A stretch of DNA of 64,000 nucleotides, from NCBI GenBank assembly GCA_963717505.1, contig OY970342.1, positions 3,968,001 through 4,032,000 on the forward strand, given 5' to 3'. Below are positions 1 through 13,421 of this stretch, piece by piece. The position numbers and the translations under genes were made by a program. Origin of the DNA: Candidatus Eiseniibacteriota bacterium (GTDB lineage: Bacteria > Eisenbacteria > RBG-16-71-46). Positions within the stretch are counted from its first letter, which is position 1. Each line of letters begins with the position of its first letter. The notes beneath the pieces are model-generated. The model searched no databases. It had not been told where the DNA came from and worked only from the letters and a program-made list of their open reading frames with translations.

Positions 1-512
1 TCCGAAGCGAGTGAAGCGCGCGGTCTGGGAACGCGACGGCGGTCAGTGCTCGTTCATCGGCAGCAACGGCCATCGTTGCGGGACGCGCGAGCACTTGGAA
101 TTCGACCACATCGTCCCGGTGGCCCGAAGCGGTGAGTCGACCGTAGCAAACCTGCGGCTGCGTTGCCGGGCGCACAACCAGTTCGAGGCCGAGCGCACGT
201 TCGGCGACGGGTACATGCACGAAAAGCGCAAAGCGGCCTGGAGCGCGACCCAGCATGCGAGACAGGATCGTGAGGCGAAGCGAGTCCGTGAGGCGCAGCA
301 GGCCGAAGCTGCGAGGCAGGCTCGGGCGCGTTCCGCGGCCGAGGAAGTCGTCCCCTGGCTACGGGCGCTTGGCTGCCGCGCCGACGACTCACGCCGAGCC
401 GCGGCGCTAGCCGAGAGCATCCCGGACGCCCCGCTCGAGGAGCGCGTGAGAGTGGCGTTGACCTGCTTCGGTCGGCGGCCCAAGACCCGAACCGACGCCG
501 CAGTCCGACGTG

Positions 513-3209
<2,697 letters not shown>

Positions 3210-3435
3210 GAGTTCCTCCGGAATCGTCCGTCCACCGGGAAGGATGGAGTGCGGCTAGCTAGCGGCTCGGTCCCGGTTCCACGAGGGTGGGAAGGCGGGC
3301 GAAGCTAGCACGCCCGCCAAGGCCTCTCAAACGCTGCGTGAGGCCGAACGTTGGTCTTCCAGCCTTCGAGTGTCACTTCAACTGCGGGCGGCAACGGATT
3401 GGCCGAGGACACGGCCGCGCTGGTAGATTGCCTCG

Positions 3436-5013
3436 ATGCCTTGGCGCCGCCGAAGGATGGTCGTGTTGCTGGCTGCCGCCTGGCCGGCGTTGATCGCGGT
3501 CGGATCGACCCCGGCCGTTTCGGCCCCCACCGAGTACTTGTCGGTCGACGATCCGATCCTCCAGGAACTGCGGATTCTGGATGTGCTCGATCCGGGCCCG
3601 GCGGGGGGACGATTCCTGCTTCCACGGCTGAACACCCAGCCCCTGCAACGAGTTGAACTCCAGGGGGATACTCTCCCGCCTTCGAGTCTGTCTTCAACCT
3701 ACGGCATCACCCTGGCGCGCCTCGAGCGCTCGCTCGGGCGCGACGCGGCGCCGTGGTTCACGCCGCACCCCGCCTACCGTTCGACGCCACGACTCTACCA
3801 GCGAGTCGACGACAATCAGCGTTTCGAGGTCTCGACTGGCATCAGCGGTCGCATGGACTGGGACGAAACCGACACCGACCTGGTCTCCCGTTCGGGCTGG
3901 GAATCGCGCATCGCTCTCGGACTCGACGGCTGGCTCGCGTACACCCGGCTGATCGTCGGCCGCATCGACAGCGCGCGGACGTTCTCGGATCCAATCGTCA
4001 GCAGCACCGACGTCATCGCGCTCACGGACGAGACCTACATCGCGTACACCGCCGACCGGCAGAGATGGGCCATGCAATTCGGGCAGAGCCGCTGGCATTG
4101 GGGCCCGGGCGAGGAGGGCTCGCTCGTGATCTCGAAGACCTCCCCCTCGATGGTCGGGCTGGCGATGCGCGCGCACTTGTCGTCGCTGCGGCTGGACTTG
4201 ATCGCGCTCTCGGCCACCCTCGAGCAGGCGGCCGGCGAACAACTCGCGGCGCACCGCATCGAGTGGCAGCCGCTGTCGTCGCTGCGGATCGGGGTCACCG
4301 AGGCTGCGCGCTACCAGTCGCCCGGCTGGGAACCGCTCTATGCCCTGGGCGCGATTCCCTACGTGCTGGTCCAGCGACTGCTGCTGCAGAACGAGCCCGA
4401 CTCGCTCGGCGCCCACCGCAACAACATCCTGACCGCGTTCGACGCCAGCTGGCGGATTGCTCCCGGAACGCGCGTCTACGGCGAAGTCCTGCTCGACGAC
4501 ATCCAGGCCGAGAGTACGATCAACCCGAACAAGTACGCCTTCCAGCTCGGCTACGAGGGGGTCGCGGCCTTGAGTGGCGGGCGGATGAGCTGGGGCGGCG
4601 AGTACACCCGAGTCACGCAGTTCGTCTACACCTCTTACTTCGGTCGCGACTACGTCGTCCAGGATCAATCGATCGGCTACCCCTTCGCCCCCGACTCCCG
4701 GCGCCTGCGAGTGCGCGCTGCGTGGGATCCCAACCCCGATTGGCAGCTGTTCGCGCTCGCGATCCACTTCGACAAGGGCGAGAACGATCTCGACGAGCCG
4801 TTCATCCCGGGCTCGCCGCGGCCCAACTCGTCGGCGCTTTCGGGTGTGGTCGAGAGCACGCGCGAGTTCCAGGTGGGCCTGCGTTGGTGGCCGGCGAGCG
4901 GCGTCGATGTCCGGGCCACCGCCGGCTATCGCTGGATCGATCAGCCGGGGCACGTCGATGGAGCGAGCGAGGAGACGCCGGTCGGAACCGTCGAGCTGCG
5001 CCTCAGCCGCTAG
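3436..5013 (+). CDS. Capsule assembly Wzi-family outer-membrane protein
   Basis: N-terminal signal peptide; 'WGPGEEGSLVIS', 'LAAHRIEW', 'VYGEVLLDD', 'IGYPFAPDS' pattern typical of Wzi-like barrels. Confidence 0.65.
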   Translation: MPWRRRRMVVLLAAAWPALIAVGSTPAVSAPTEYLSVDDPILQELRILDVLDPGPAGGRFLLPRLNTQPLQRVELQGDTLPPSSLSSTYGITLARLERSLGRDAAPWFTPHPAYRSTPRLYQRVDDNQRFEVSTGISGRMDWDETDTDLVSRSGWESRIALGLDGWLAYTRLIVGRIDSARTFSDPIVSSTDVIALTDETYIAYTADRQRWAMQFGQSRWHWGPGEEGSLVISKTSPSMVGLAMRAHLSSLRLDLIALSATLEQAAGEQLAAHRIEWQPLSSLRIGVTEAARYQSPGWEPLYALGAIPYVLVQRLLLQNEPDSLGAHRNNILTAFDASWRIAPGTRVYGEVLLDDIQAESTINPNKYAFQLGYEGVAALSGGRMSWGGEYTRVTQFVYTSYFGRDYVVQDQSIGYPFAPDSRRLRVRAAWDPNPDWQLFALAIHFDKGENDLDEPFIPGSPRPNSSALSGVVESTREFQVGLRWWPASGVDVRATAGYRWIDQPGHVDGASEETPVGTVELRLSR

Positions 5014-5947
5014 TTCCGCGGGCGGGCTCGACGGCGCGCGCCCAATCGATGGTGCGCCGTAGCCCCTCGGAGAATCCGACAGTCGCCGTCCAGCCGAGCA
5101 CGTCGCGGGCTCGGGTCGCGTCCAGATAGATGCGCTGCACCTCCCCGGCGCGGGCCGGTTCGTGGATCGGCTGCAGCGACGTGCCGAGCGCGGCGTTGAC
5201 CTCGCGCACGATGTCCAGAACCGAAGTGCCGACGCCGGTGCCCAGATTGAGCACTTCGCCATTCGCGCGATCCAGCGACAGCAGGTTGGCCGCCACCACG
5301 TCGCCGACGTAGAGGTAGTCGCGCACCTGATCGCCGGTGCCGTAAATGTGCGGCCGCTCTCCCGCGAGCATCAGGCCGATGAAGATGGCGTTGACTCCGG
5401 CCTCACCGTGAGGATTCTGGCGCGGCCCGTAGACGTTCGGGTAGCGCAACACCGTGTAGTCGAGCCCGTGGAGCAGCTTCCACACGTAGAGGTAGTGCTC
5501 GACGGTGTGCTTGCTGACGCCGTAGGGCGACTCCGGGTTGACCGGATGCTCCTCGGTCGCCGGCAGGAAGCGGCCCTCGCCGTAAAGCGCTCCGCCGGTC
5601 GAGGCGTAGATCAGCTTGCGGACGCCATGGCGCACGCAGGCGTCGAACAGGCCGAGCGAGCCGAGGATGTTGATCCGGGCGTCCGCGGCCGGGTCGACCA
5701 CCGAGTGACGCACGTCGATCTGCGCCGCGTGGTGCGAGACGATGGCCGGCCGAAACTCGGCCAGGCATCGGTCGACCGCGGTCGGCTCCGCCAGGTCGGC
5801 CTGGTAGAAGGTCGCGCGCGAGTGCACGAATTCCCGGCGGCCGCTCGACAAATTGTCGAGCACGGCGACGTCGTGGCCGGCCGCGACGAAGCCGTCCACG
5901 ACGTTCGATCCGATGAACCCGGCGCCACCGGTGACCAGAATGCGCAC
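5003..5947 (-). CDS. NAD-dependent epimerase/dehydratase (UDP-glucose 4-epimerase-like)
   Basis: ILVTGGAGFIGS Rossmann motif, YGVSK catalytic motif, LRYPNVYGPRQ. Confidence 0.9.
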   Translation of the reverse strand: MRILVTGGAGFIGSNVVDGFVAAGHDVAVLDNLSSGRREFVHSRATFYQADLAEPTAVDRCLAEFRPAIVSHHAAQIDVRHSVVDPAADARINILGSLGLFDACVRHGVRKLIYASTGGALYGEGRFLPATEEHPVNPESPYGVSKHTVEHYLYVWKLLHGLDYTVLRYPNVYGPRQNPHGEAGVNAIFIGLMLAGERPHIYGTGDQVRDYLYVGDVVAANLLSLDRANGEVLNLGTGVGTSVLDIVREVNAALGTSLQPIHEPARAGEVQRIYLDATRARDVLGWTATVGFSEGLRRTIDWARAVEPARGTSG

Positions 5948-6033
5948 GTTCCCTCCCTGTCGTCGTCGAACCCGGGCACGTTAGCCGCGACGTCGCGCGC
6001 TGGCAACGTCGGGGGCGGCGCGTCGTTGGCCGC

Positions 6034-7735
6034 TCAGCCGGCCGTAGGTGTGACCGGAACGCCCTCGGCCGGCGGCAACGCGAAGAAGAACGTGCTGCCC
6101 TGGCCCGGCGTGCTCTCGACCCAGATGGTACCGCCGTGCTGCTCGACGATTCCCTTGCAGATGACCAGGCCGAGTCCCGTGCCTCCGGCCTGCCGGGTGA
6201 GCGATGAGTCGATCTGCGAGAACTTGCGGAACAGTTTGCCGAGATCCTGCGCGGCGATGCCCTCGCCGTGGTCGCGGACGGACACGTGCACCGAGGTCTC
6301 CGCAGGCACGACCCGGACCTCGATGCGGCCGTGAGCGGGCGAGAACTTGATGGCGTTCGAGAGCAGGTTGGTCAGCACCTGGCCGATGCGGTCGGAGTCG
6401 ATGACCACGTCGGGCAGCGATGATTCGACGTGCAGGTCCAGCGTCAGCGACTTCTCCTCGAGCAGGGTCGCCATGGACTCGGCCGCCTGCGACAGCACCG
6501 GCTCGAGGCGCTGGCGCTCGAGGTTCAAGCGCAGGGACGCCGACTCGAGCTTGGAGAAGTCGAGAATGTCGGAGATCAGCAGCAGCAGGCGCTCGGTGTT
6601 CGCGTGCGCGATGGTCAGCAGCTTGTGCTGCTGCTCGGTCTGCGGGAAGAAGCGCTCGTCCGCCAGCAGCTCGACCGCGCCCTTGACCGAGGTCAGCGGG
6701 GTGCGGATTTCGTGCGACACCACCGCGACGAACTCGGACTTCAGGCGGTCCAGGCTCTTGGTGTGCTCGTAGAGCTGGGAGTTGCGGACGCTGACCGCGG
6801 TCTGGGCCGCGAACAGCGCGAGGAAGTGCTGGTCGTCGTTGGTGAAGCCGGTCTCGCGGTTGAACACCGCCAGCACGCCGAGCACCCGCCCCTCGGCGAT
6901 CATCGGCACGGCGAGCAGCGAGCGATACCGCAGCCCGGGCAACCCGGCGCTTCGTGGTCGACGCCCGCCTCGGCCGCGATTCGGACGGTTCGGTGGTCGG
7001 TGAGCGCCGGAGCCAGGACGCTGTCCGGCATCACCACGGGCAGCGTCGTGCGGTCGGGCTCGAGCCCGCCGACGCCGTGCCACGCGGCCGCGCGGGACTC
7101 CCCCGACTCATCGTGCGCCAGGTAGACGACGGCCGCCTGCGCGCCGCTCAGCTCGGCGCTGCGCGCGCAGATCATCGACAGGCGCGGCGCCAGCTCGAGG
7201 TTGTAGCCGATCTCCCGACCCAGGTCGTACAGCGCTGCAGCTGCGTGGTCGCCCGACGGACGCGCTCCTTGAGCTCGTGCTCGTGCCGCTCGAGGATCTC
7301 GTTCTTCTCGCGCAGCTCCTCAACCAGCCGCCGGTTCATCTCCTCGAGCCGCCGGTTGGCGATGCCGCGTTCGACGATCTGCTCCACCTCGTCGAGCTCG
7401 AACGGCTTGGTGATGTAGTCGAAGGCGCCCTGGCGCAGCGCGTCGATGGCGGTCGCGGCCGACGCGTGGCCGGTGACCACGATGACCGCCGACTTCGTGT
7501 CCAGATCCTTGGCCACCCGCATGACCTCGAGGCCCGACATGCCCGGCAGGTTGATGTCGGTGAGGATGATGTCGGGACGCAGTTCGGGCAGGAGGCGCAC
7601 GGCGTCGCGCCCGTTGTAGGCGACGGTGACGCGGTGACCGAGCCCGGCCAGCAGCTCCTCGAGGACCGCCGCGACTTCGACCTCGTCGTCGACCACCAGG
7701 ATGCGGGCCGACCCTGTCTCGGAAGCCTGGGCCAT
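6034..7735 (-). CDS. Hybrid receiver-GAF-histidine kinase (frameshifted)
   Basis: N-terminal receiver (ILVVDDE, DINLPG, DYITKP), GAF (LLAVPMIAEGRVLGVL), HisKA (VSHEIRTPLTS), HATPase (NLLSNAIKF, DHGEGI, GGTGLGL). Start at MAQASETG. Confidence 0.85.
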
Positions 7736-7746
7736 CGCGCGTACCG

Positions 7747-8583
7747 TCAGTGGAGCGCCGAGGGCGCGGCCGCGACCACGCGCCGGCGGCCGCCCTTCTT
7801 CGCGAGCCCGACCGCGCGTTCCGCGGCGCTCAACAGGTCGAGCGGCTCGGTGCCGTCGCCAGGGCTCGCGGCCACCCCCGCGCAGGCGCTGATCCGGCCC
7901 GCACGAGGGAACCGATGCTTCTCGATGGCGCGCTGCACGCGGTCGGCACAGCGCACCGCCGATTCGCGGTCGGTCTCGGGCAACACGATCGCGAAGTCGT
8001 CGCCCCCGAGTCGCGCGACGATGTCGGTCTCGCGCAGCGCGAGCTTCAGCACCAGCGCGACTTCGGCGAGCACAGTGTCTCCCGCCTTGCGCCCATACCG
8101 TTCGTTGATCGCGGCGAAGTGATCGAGGTCGATCACCAGAACGGACACCGGCAGGCCGTGGCGGCGCGCGCGCGCCAGCTCCTCCTGGAGTCGCGCATGG
8201 AACGCCCCGGCGTCGGGCAGCCCGGTGAGCGAATCGCGTCCGGGCATGGTGCGCAGCCGCAAGAGCTCGAGCCGGGCGCCGAGGGCGGCGCCGAGGGCTC
8301 CCGCGGCGGTGCGAATCAGGGTCAGCTGCGAAGGCTGCCAGGCACGGCCCGGACGCGCGATCAGGTCGAGCGTTCCAACGCGCTCCGTCCCCCGCATCAG
8401 CGGCACGCTCAAGCAGCCGCGCAGATCCCCGGCGGCCGTGCGCCAGGCGCCGCGCGCGCACCAGGGTTCGATCGCACCCGAGGGCCCGATCGCGTGCAGG
8501 GCGACGCCGTCGCAGTCGAATGCGCGAATCAGCGACATCAGCGCCCGCTGCAGCGATCGCGGCTCGGCCGCGGGCGAGAGCAT
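7747..8583 (-). CDS. GAF-like plus GGDEF diguanylate cyclase (GGDDF variant, RxxD I-site)
   Basis: DSLTGLP, DLDHFAAINERYG, RETDIVARLGGDDF. Start chosen at ATG 8583, though the ORF is open to 8808. Confidence 0.8.
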   Translation of the reverse strand: MLSPAAEPRSLQRALMSLIRAFDCDGVALHAIGPSGAIEPWCARGAWRTAAGDLRGCLSVPLMRGTERVGTLDLIARPGRAWQPSQLTLIRTAAGALGAALGARLELLRLRTMPGRDSLTGLPDAGAFHARLQEELARARRHGLPVSVLVIDLDHFAAINERYGRKAGDTVLAEVALVLKLALRETDIVARLGGDDFAIVLPETDRESAVRCADRVQRAIEKHRFPRAGRISACAGVAASPGDGTEPLDLLSAAERAVGLAKKGGRRRVVAAAPSALH

Positions 8584-8635
8584 CGCCTCGCACGCCGACC
8601 ACAGGAACTGGGACGCGCGCCGGCGGTCGACCGCG

Positions 8636-8663
8636 GTATCGGGCGTTCCGGCGTCGCTCCTGC
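8636..8663 (-). promoter_or_regulatory. Possible sigma-28-type promoter for the GGDEF/hybrid kinase genes
   Basis: Minus strand GCAGG-N15-CCCGATAC; degenerate -35. Confidence 0.35.
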
Positions 8664-8716
8664 GCGTCGCGAGCCCGTCGCCGCCGGTGGGCGGTGCTGC
8701 GGCCAACGACGCCCGG

Positions 8717-9001
8717 CTACGCCGCGCGCGACTCGGAACCGTCGGCGTGGAGCCGCGCTTCGACGACGCGAAGACGCGCCATTGCGTTTTCGATCCGTTG
8801 CGTCTCACCCAGCACCACCTCCAAGCGTGTGCGAAACGCAGGGTCGCTCGCCGCCGAATCGGCCAACAGCAAGCGGATCTGCCCCCGCAAGCCTGCCAAT
8901 GCGTTCAAGACTTCGCTGTGGATGCTGATCGCCGAGGTCGCCGCCCAGGCGGAATCGCCGGCATCGGCGCCGGGGACTCCGACCCGCGACTTCCGCTCCA
9001 C
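8717..9001 (-). CDS. Small stand-alone HisKA/DHp-like helical protein
   Basis: 'IHSEVLNALAGLRGQIRLLL...RLEVVLGETQRIE' parallels the HisKA pattern 'AHEIRNPLAGI...VILDEVARL'. GTG start assumed. Confidence 0.45.
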   Translation of the reverse strand: MERKSRVGVPGADAGDSAWAATSAISIHSEVLNALAGLRGQIRLLLADSAASDPAFRTRLEVVLGETQRIENAMARLRVVEARLHADGSESRAA

Positions 9002-9819
9002 GCGCCGTTGCTGTTCAACGCCTTCTGCAGCCGCAGTCGCAGCCGCGCCATCGCCCGGCTGTGCACCTGCGACACGCGCGACTCCGAGATCCCGAGTGCC
9101 CGTCCGATCTCGTTCAGCGTCATGTGCTCGTAGTAGTAGAGCGCGACCACCAGCCGCTCCTGCTCGGGCAGCTGGTCGAGGGTGCGCAACATGACCCGGC
9201 GACCCTGCTCTTCCTCGAGCCGCGCCTCGACGTCGACCGCGTGCGGATCGGCGAGATGGTCGCCGAGGGTCGACGGCTCCTGGTCGTCGCCGGGGCGGCT
9301 CTCGTCGAGCGACACCAGCACCGCGCCGCGGACGTGGTCGAGCAGCCGGTAGAAGTCGGTGCGCGTCATCTTCAGTTCTCGGGCGACTTCCACCTCGGAG
9401 GCTGCGCGTCCCAGCTTCTGATCGAGCTTGCGGGTTACGCCGTCGAGGTTGCGCGCCTTGCGACGCATGGAGCGCGACACCCAGTCGAGCGCGCGCAGCT
9501 GGTCGAGCACGGCGCCCTTGATCCGCCACACCGCGTAGGTCTCGAACTTGACGCCCTTGCCGGTGTCGAACTTCGCGTGGGCGTCGAGCAGTCCGAGCAC
9601 GCCGGCCGAGTAGAGATCCTCGTGATCCACGTTCTTGGGCAGCGTCGCCGCGACGCGCTCGACCACGTGCCGGACCAGCGGCGCGAACCGGCTCAGCAGC
9701 TCGTCCTTGGAATAGGTCACGGGCACCGACGCCGGCGCGCTGCGATTGGCCGGCTTGCGCACGACTCGAATGGGGGCACGGGACCGGGTGGTGGAGCTGA
9801 CGGGGACGGGGCGTGGCAT
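8905..9819 (-). CDS. fliA: FliA/WhiG-family (sigma-28) RNA polymerase sigma factor
   Basis: DLYSAGVLGLLDA..KFD..KGVKFETYAVWRIKGAVLDQLRALDWVSRSMR; region 4 LYYYEHMTLNEIGRALGISESRVSQVH. Confidence 0.92.
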   Translation of the reverse strand: MPRPVPVSSTTRSRAPIRVVRKPANRSAPASVPVTYSKDELLSRFAPLVRHVVERVAATLPKNVDHEDLYSAGVLGLLDAHAKFDTGKGVKFETYAVWRIKGAVLDQLRALDWVSRSMRRKARNLDGVTRKLDQKLGRAASEVEVARELKMTRTDFYRLLDHVRGAVLVSLDESRPGDDQEPSTLGDHLADPHAVDVEARLEEEQGRRVMLRTLDQLPEQERLVVALYYYEHMTLNEIGRALGISESRVSQVHSRAMARLRLRLQKALNSNGAWSGSRGSESPAPMPAIPPGRRPRRSASTAKS

Positions 9820-9831
9820 CGTGCCTCCCTG

Positions 9832-10744
9832 CTAGGCCAGGAGCCGGCGGGATTCCACCGGTTCCTGAATCGAGGGCTCAGGCTCGGGTGTCCCCCACAG
9901 CAACGCCGCCATCGCCGGTAGGCGATCGCGGCCGGAGACCGGGGAAACGCCGTGAGCACGGGCTCCTGGCGGCGCACGGCCCGCGGGACGCACGGGTCGT
10001 ACGGCACGGAGCCCAGGAACGGAACGTCGAGCTGCAGGAAGCGGCGCGCGACGAGTCGGATGCGGTGCGCGGTCTCGTCGGCCTCGTCCGGCGCCGAGGC
10101 CATGCTGACCACCAGGTGCGGCGACCGCTTGAGTCCCTGCTGGTGGAGCAGCTTGATCAACGCGTAGGCGTCCGAGAACGCGGGCATCTCGGGGGTGGTC
10201 ACGACCACCACGTCGTCGGCCGCCAGGCACAACGAGACCACCGTCCGACGACGCCGGACGCGAGGTCGAGGAGCACGAGGTCGGCGTCGCCGGCCAGCGC
10301 GCCCAGGGCCCGCAGCACCACCTCGCGCCGGAAGTCGTCGAGCTCGGCCAGCTCGGGAGCACCCGAAGCCGCGGGCACCAGCGTCACGCCGCGCCCGGCC
10401 GGCAGCACGATCTCCTCGATGCTGCGCTCGCCGTTCAGCACGTGCTGCAGGTCGTAGCGCGGGTGGACGCCGAGCAGCAGGTCCAGGTTGGCTTGCGCGA
10501 AATCGGCGTCGACCAGCAGGACGCGCGCTCCCTGCTGACCGAGCGCCACCGCGAGATTGGCGGCCAGGTGGCTCTTGCCGACGCCGCCCTTGCCGCTCGC
10601 GAACGCGATGGTCGGCACACGTGGGCGCCGCCAGCTGGCCGGATGCAGGGCCGGTTCGCTCTCGGTGGCGCCCTCGGCGCCGAGCACGACCCGCAGGGCG
10701 TCGGATCCGGCGTTCGCAGTGTTGCGGCCGCGGTGGCGCTTCAT
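9832..10744 (-). CDS. flhG: FlhG/FleN-like MinD/ParA ATPase (one frameshift)
   Basis: SGKGGVGKS, LLVDADFAQANLDLLLG, VPAASG, VVTTPEMPAFSDAYALIK, AVRRQEP; lies directly upstream of fliA. Confidence 0.85.
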
Positions 10745-10983
10745 CGGCCCCACCGGGTGTCGCCCTCGTGCTCGGCCATCGTGTGCAGAGCGCCGACGAA
10801 CTCCCAGTACCGACGCTGCTCGCGGCACGACGCGAGCGGCCACTCGAGGCCGATCCGCGCGAGGCGCCGCTCTTCGTGTCGCAGGGTCTCGACCGCCGCC
10901 TGGATCGCGTAGCCGCGCTCGCCGGCGGTGGCGGGAATGACGCGCGACAGCTCGGCGCACGGGGTCAGCGCAGGACGCGTCAC
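10741..10983 (-). CDS. Hypothetical 80-aa protein
   Basis: Start/stop overlaps with both neighbours (GTGA at 10980-10983, ATGA at 10741-10744) indicate translational coupling. Confidence 0.6.
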   Translation of the reverse strand: MTRPALTPCAELSRVIPATAGERGYAIQAAVETLRHEERRLARIGLEWPLASCREQRRYWEFVGALHTMAEHEGDTRWGR

Positions 10984-11261
10984 GACGCCTTCCGCAAACG
11001 CAGCGAGACGCGCGGCGCAACCTGAGCGCGCGGGCGCGCGGCCAACTTCAGCCTGGCGATCAAGGCCTGGTAGGAGCGCTCGAAGCGACGGACCGACATC
11101 CCCATCGCCACCGCCGCCTCGGCCTGGGTCAGGCGCTCGATCAGCACCAACGCCAGCATCGTGCGCTCGTCGGCGGTGTAGTGCTCCAGAGTCTCGGCTA
11201 CCGGACTCGGGCCGGTCGCGGCGCGGCCGCCCTGGATCACACGCAGTCGCGGGCGCTTCAC
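10980..11261 (-). CDS. Sigma-70 region-4-like HTH protein (region 4 only)
   Basis: 'LEHYTADERTMLALVLIERLTQAEAAVAMGMSVRRFERSYQALIARLK'; GTG start overlaps the stop of the upstream receiver gene. Confidence 0.65.
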   Translation of the reverse strand: MKRPRLRVIQGGRAATGPSPVAETLEHYTADERTMLALVLIERLTQAEAAVAMGMSVRRFERSYQALIARLKLAARPRAQVAPRVSLRLRKAS

Positions 11262-11659
11262 GCCGCTCTCCGGGGACGAGAACGCATCTCGTCGGCGCGG
11301 TTCTGGCCGATTGCCCGGTACGCGGACTGGCGCAGCTGCTCGATTCGGAACGGTTTGGTGAAGCACTCGACGATCCCGACCCGCGCCAGCTCGGCCGGCG
11401 TTCCGGGAGTCGGATCGGCGGTGAGCAGAATCACCGGCTGCCGCCGGTCGCCGCGCTGCAGCTTGCGCGCCAGCTCGACGCCGCTCATTCCGGGCAGCCT
11501 GAGGTCGGCGATCACCAGATCGCTGTCGTGGTCCTCGAGCCAGGACCATGCATCCTCGGCGCTGCGGAAGACGTCGATGGTGAACCCGTCGTCGTTGAGC
11601 CCTTCGGAGAGGGCCCATGAAACGGTCGGTTCATCGTCGACGATCAGAATGTGCGGCAT
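11258..11659 (-). CDS. Single-domain response regulator receiver
   Basis: ILIVDDE, LVIADLRLPGMSG, VILLTA, FTKPF. Confidence 0.9.
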   Translation of the reverse strand: MPHILIVDDEPTVSWALSEGLNDDGFTIDVFRSAEDAWSWLEDHDSDLVIADLRLPGMSGVELARKLQRGDRRQPVILLTADPTPGTPAELARVGIVECFTKPFRIEQLRQSAYRAIGQNRADEMRSRPRRAA

Positions 11660-11698
11660 CGGGTCGGGCTCCTGGGGTGGGAGGACGGAGCCCGAGGT

Positions 11699-11714
11699 TG
11701 CAGTCTGCGTGCCA
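11699..11714 (-). promoter_or_regulatory. Sigma-54 (-24/-12) promoter of the receiver-sigma4-orf-flhG-fliA operon
   Basis: Minus strand TGGCACGCAGACTGCA (GG-N10-GC), 40 nt upstream of the ATG at 11659 and downstream of a sigma-54 activator gene. Confidence 0.7.
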
Positions 11715-11985
11715 GACCGTGCGCACGTGCGAAGTCGTGGCCGTATGACCCACGGTCGCCGCCCACGAGTGGCCGCGTAGGTGGCTGGCGGGCCGGGTCA
11801 TAGCTTTGGACGGGCGGAAGTTACGGTCGGCGGTGAGACCTGGTTCGAGGCCCGTGCGATGGGTCCCGCGAGGGGTCTCGGCAATGCACAATCGATCCGG
11901 TCGGGTGCAATCCGCCCGCCCAACCTCGTTGCGTCCGGGTCCGGCGACGAATGATTACTGGTCGCCCGGGATGCGAACTGCGCGG

Positions 11986-13421
11986 CTAGGTTTCGTCGTC
12001 GCCGGACTCGTCCGCCCCCTCGTCCAGCGCGAACTCCTTGAGCTTGGTGCGCAGGGTCTGTCGGGAGATGCCGAGCAGCCCGGCGGCCCGGGTCTTGTTG
12101 CCGCCACAGACCTCGAGCGCGTGCTCGATCGCCATGCTGCTCGATCTCGGCCAGCGGCCGGACCGACCCTCGGGGAATACCTCGCCGCGCGACGCGGATG
12201 GGCCGGGACGCTTCCGGCCGGTGATCTCGGCCGGCAGGTGCTCGAGGCGGATCTCGTCGTCGGCCCTGCCAGCTCGAGCAGCACGACGCGCTCGATCACG
12301 TTCTTGAGCTCGCGCACGTTGCCGGGCCACGCGTATTCAGACAGGGCGGCGAGGGCACCGGGGGCGAGGCGCGCCGGCGGCCGTCCGAGCTCGCCGCAGA
12401 AGCGCGCGATGAAGTGCTCGGACCAGCTCGGCCACGTCTCCGGCTCGCTCGCGCAGCGGCGGCATCTCGATCGGCACCACGTTGAGCCGGAAGTAGAGGT
12501 CCTCGCGGAACCGGCCCTCGTCGACCAGCTTCCGGAGGTCGCGATGGGTGGCCGCCACCACCCGCACGTCGACGCGTGATGTCGACGCTGCCGCCGACGC
12601 GGCGGAACGTCCGCGATTCTCGAGCACGCGCAGCAGCTTGGCCTGGAGCTGCGGCGCCATCTCCCCGATCTCGTCGAGGAACAGCGTGCCGCGGTCGGCC
12701 AGCTCGAACAGCCCCTTGCGGAAGCGCTTGGCGTCGGTGAACGCGCCCTTCTCGTGGCCGTAGAGCTCGCTCTCGAGCAGCTGCTCGGGGATCGCGCTGC
12801 AGTTGAGGTCGATGAACGGTCCGGCCGCGCGCGCACTGCGATCGTGGAGGTAGCGCGCCATGAGCTCCTTGCCGACGCCGGTCTCGCCCTGGATCAGCAC
12901 GGTCGCGGTTTCGCTGCGCGCCGCGCGCTCGAGCCGCTGGAGCACGTCGCTTGAGCGCGGCGCTCTCGCCGATCAGCGTGCCGCCGCCACCGGCGCGCCA
13001 GTGCTCGACCTCGCGCTGGAGCCGCGCGTGCTCGAGGGCGGTGGTGACCACCGCCCCGAGCTGGTCGAGGTCGGGCGGCTTGAGCATGAAGTCGTAGGCG
13101 CCGAGCCGGGTCGCCTCGCACCGCGTGCTCGACGGTGCCGTGCCCGGTGAGCATGATCACCGGCAGCGTCGGGTCCTCCTCGCGCAGCGCGCGCAGGACC
13201 TGCATGCCGTCCTCGTCCCCGAGCTTCAGGTCGAGCAGCACCACGTCGACCGATCGCTCGCGCACCTGCGCCAGCGCCTCGCGCCGCCCGGTCGCCTCGA
13301 GCGGGGTGAACCCGAGGTCGCGCGCCCACTCGCCGATGCTGAATCGCAGCGAGCGCTCGTCGTCAACGACGAGGAGTGTGTGCGCGGCCTCGGTCGCTGC
13401 GGGAATCGCGTCTTTCGCCAT
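11986..13421 (-). CDS. Sigma-54-dependent response regulator (NtrC/AtoC/FleR-type; frameshifted)
   Basis: Receiver (LLVVDDE, LLDLKL), AAA+ [53 protein letters not shown], Fis-type [20 protein letters not shown]. Confidence 0.92.

Noticed and set aside
11880-11912. NtrC-type enhancer (TGCAC...GTGCA) upstream of the sigma-54 promoter
   Set aside because: The half-site spacing does not match the known NtrC site, so it cannot be supported without comparative data.
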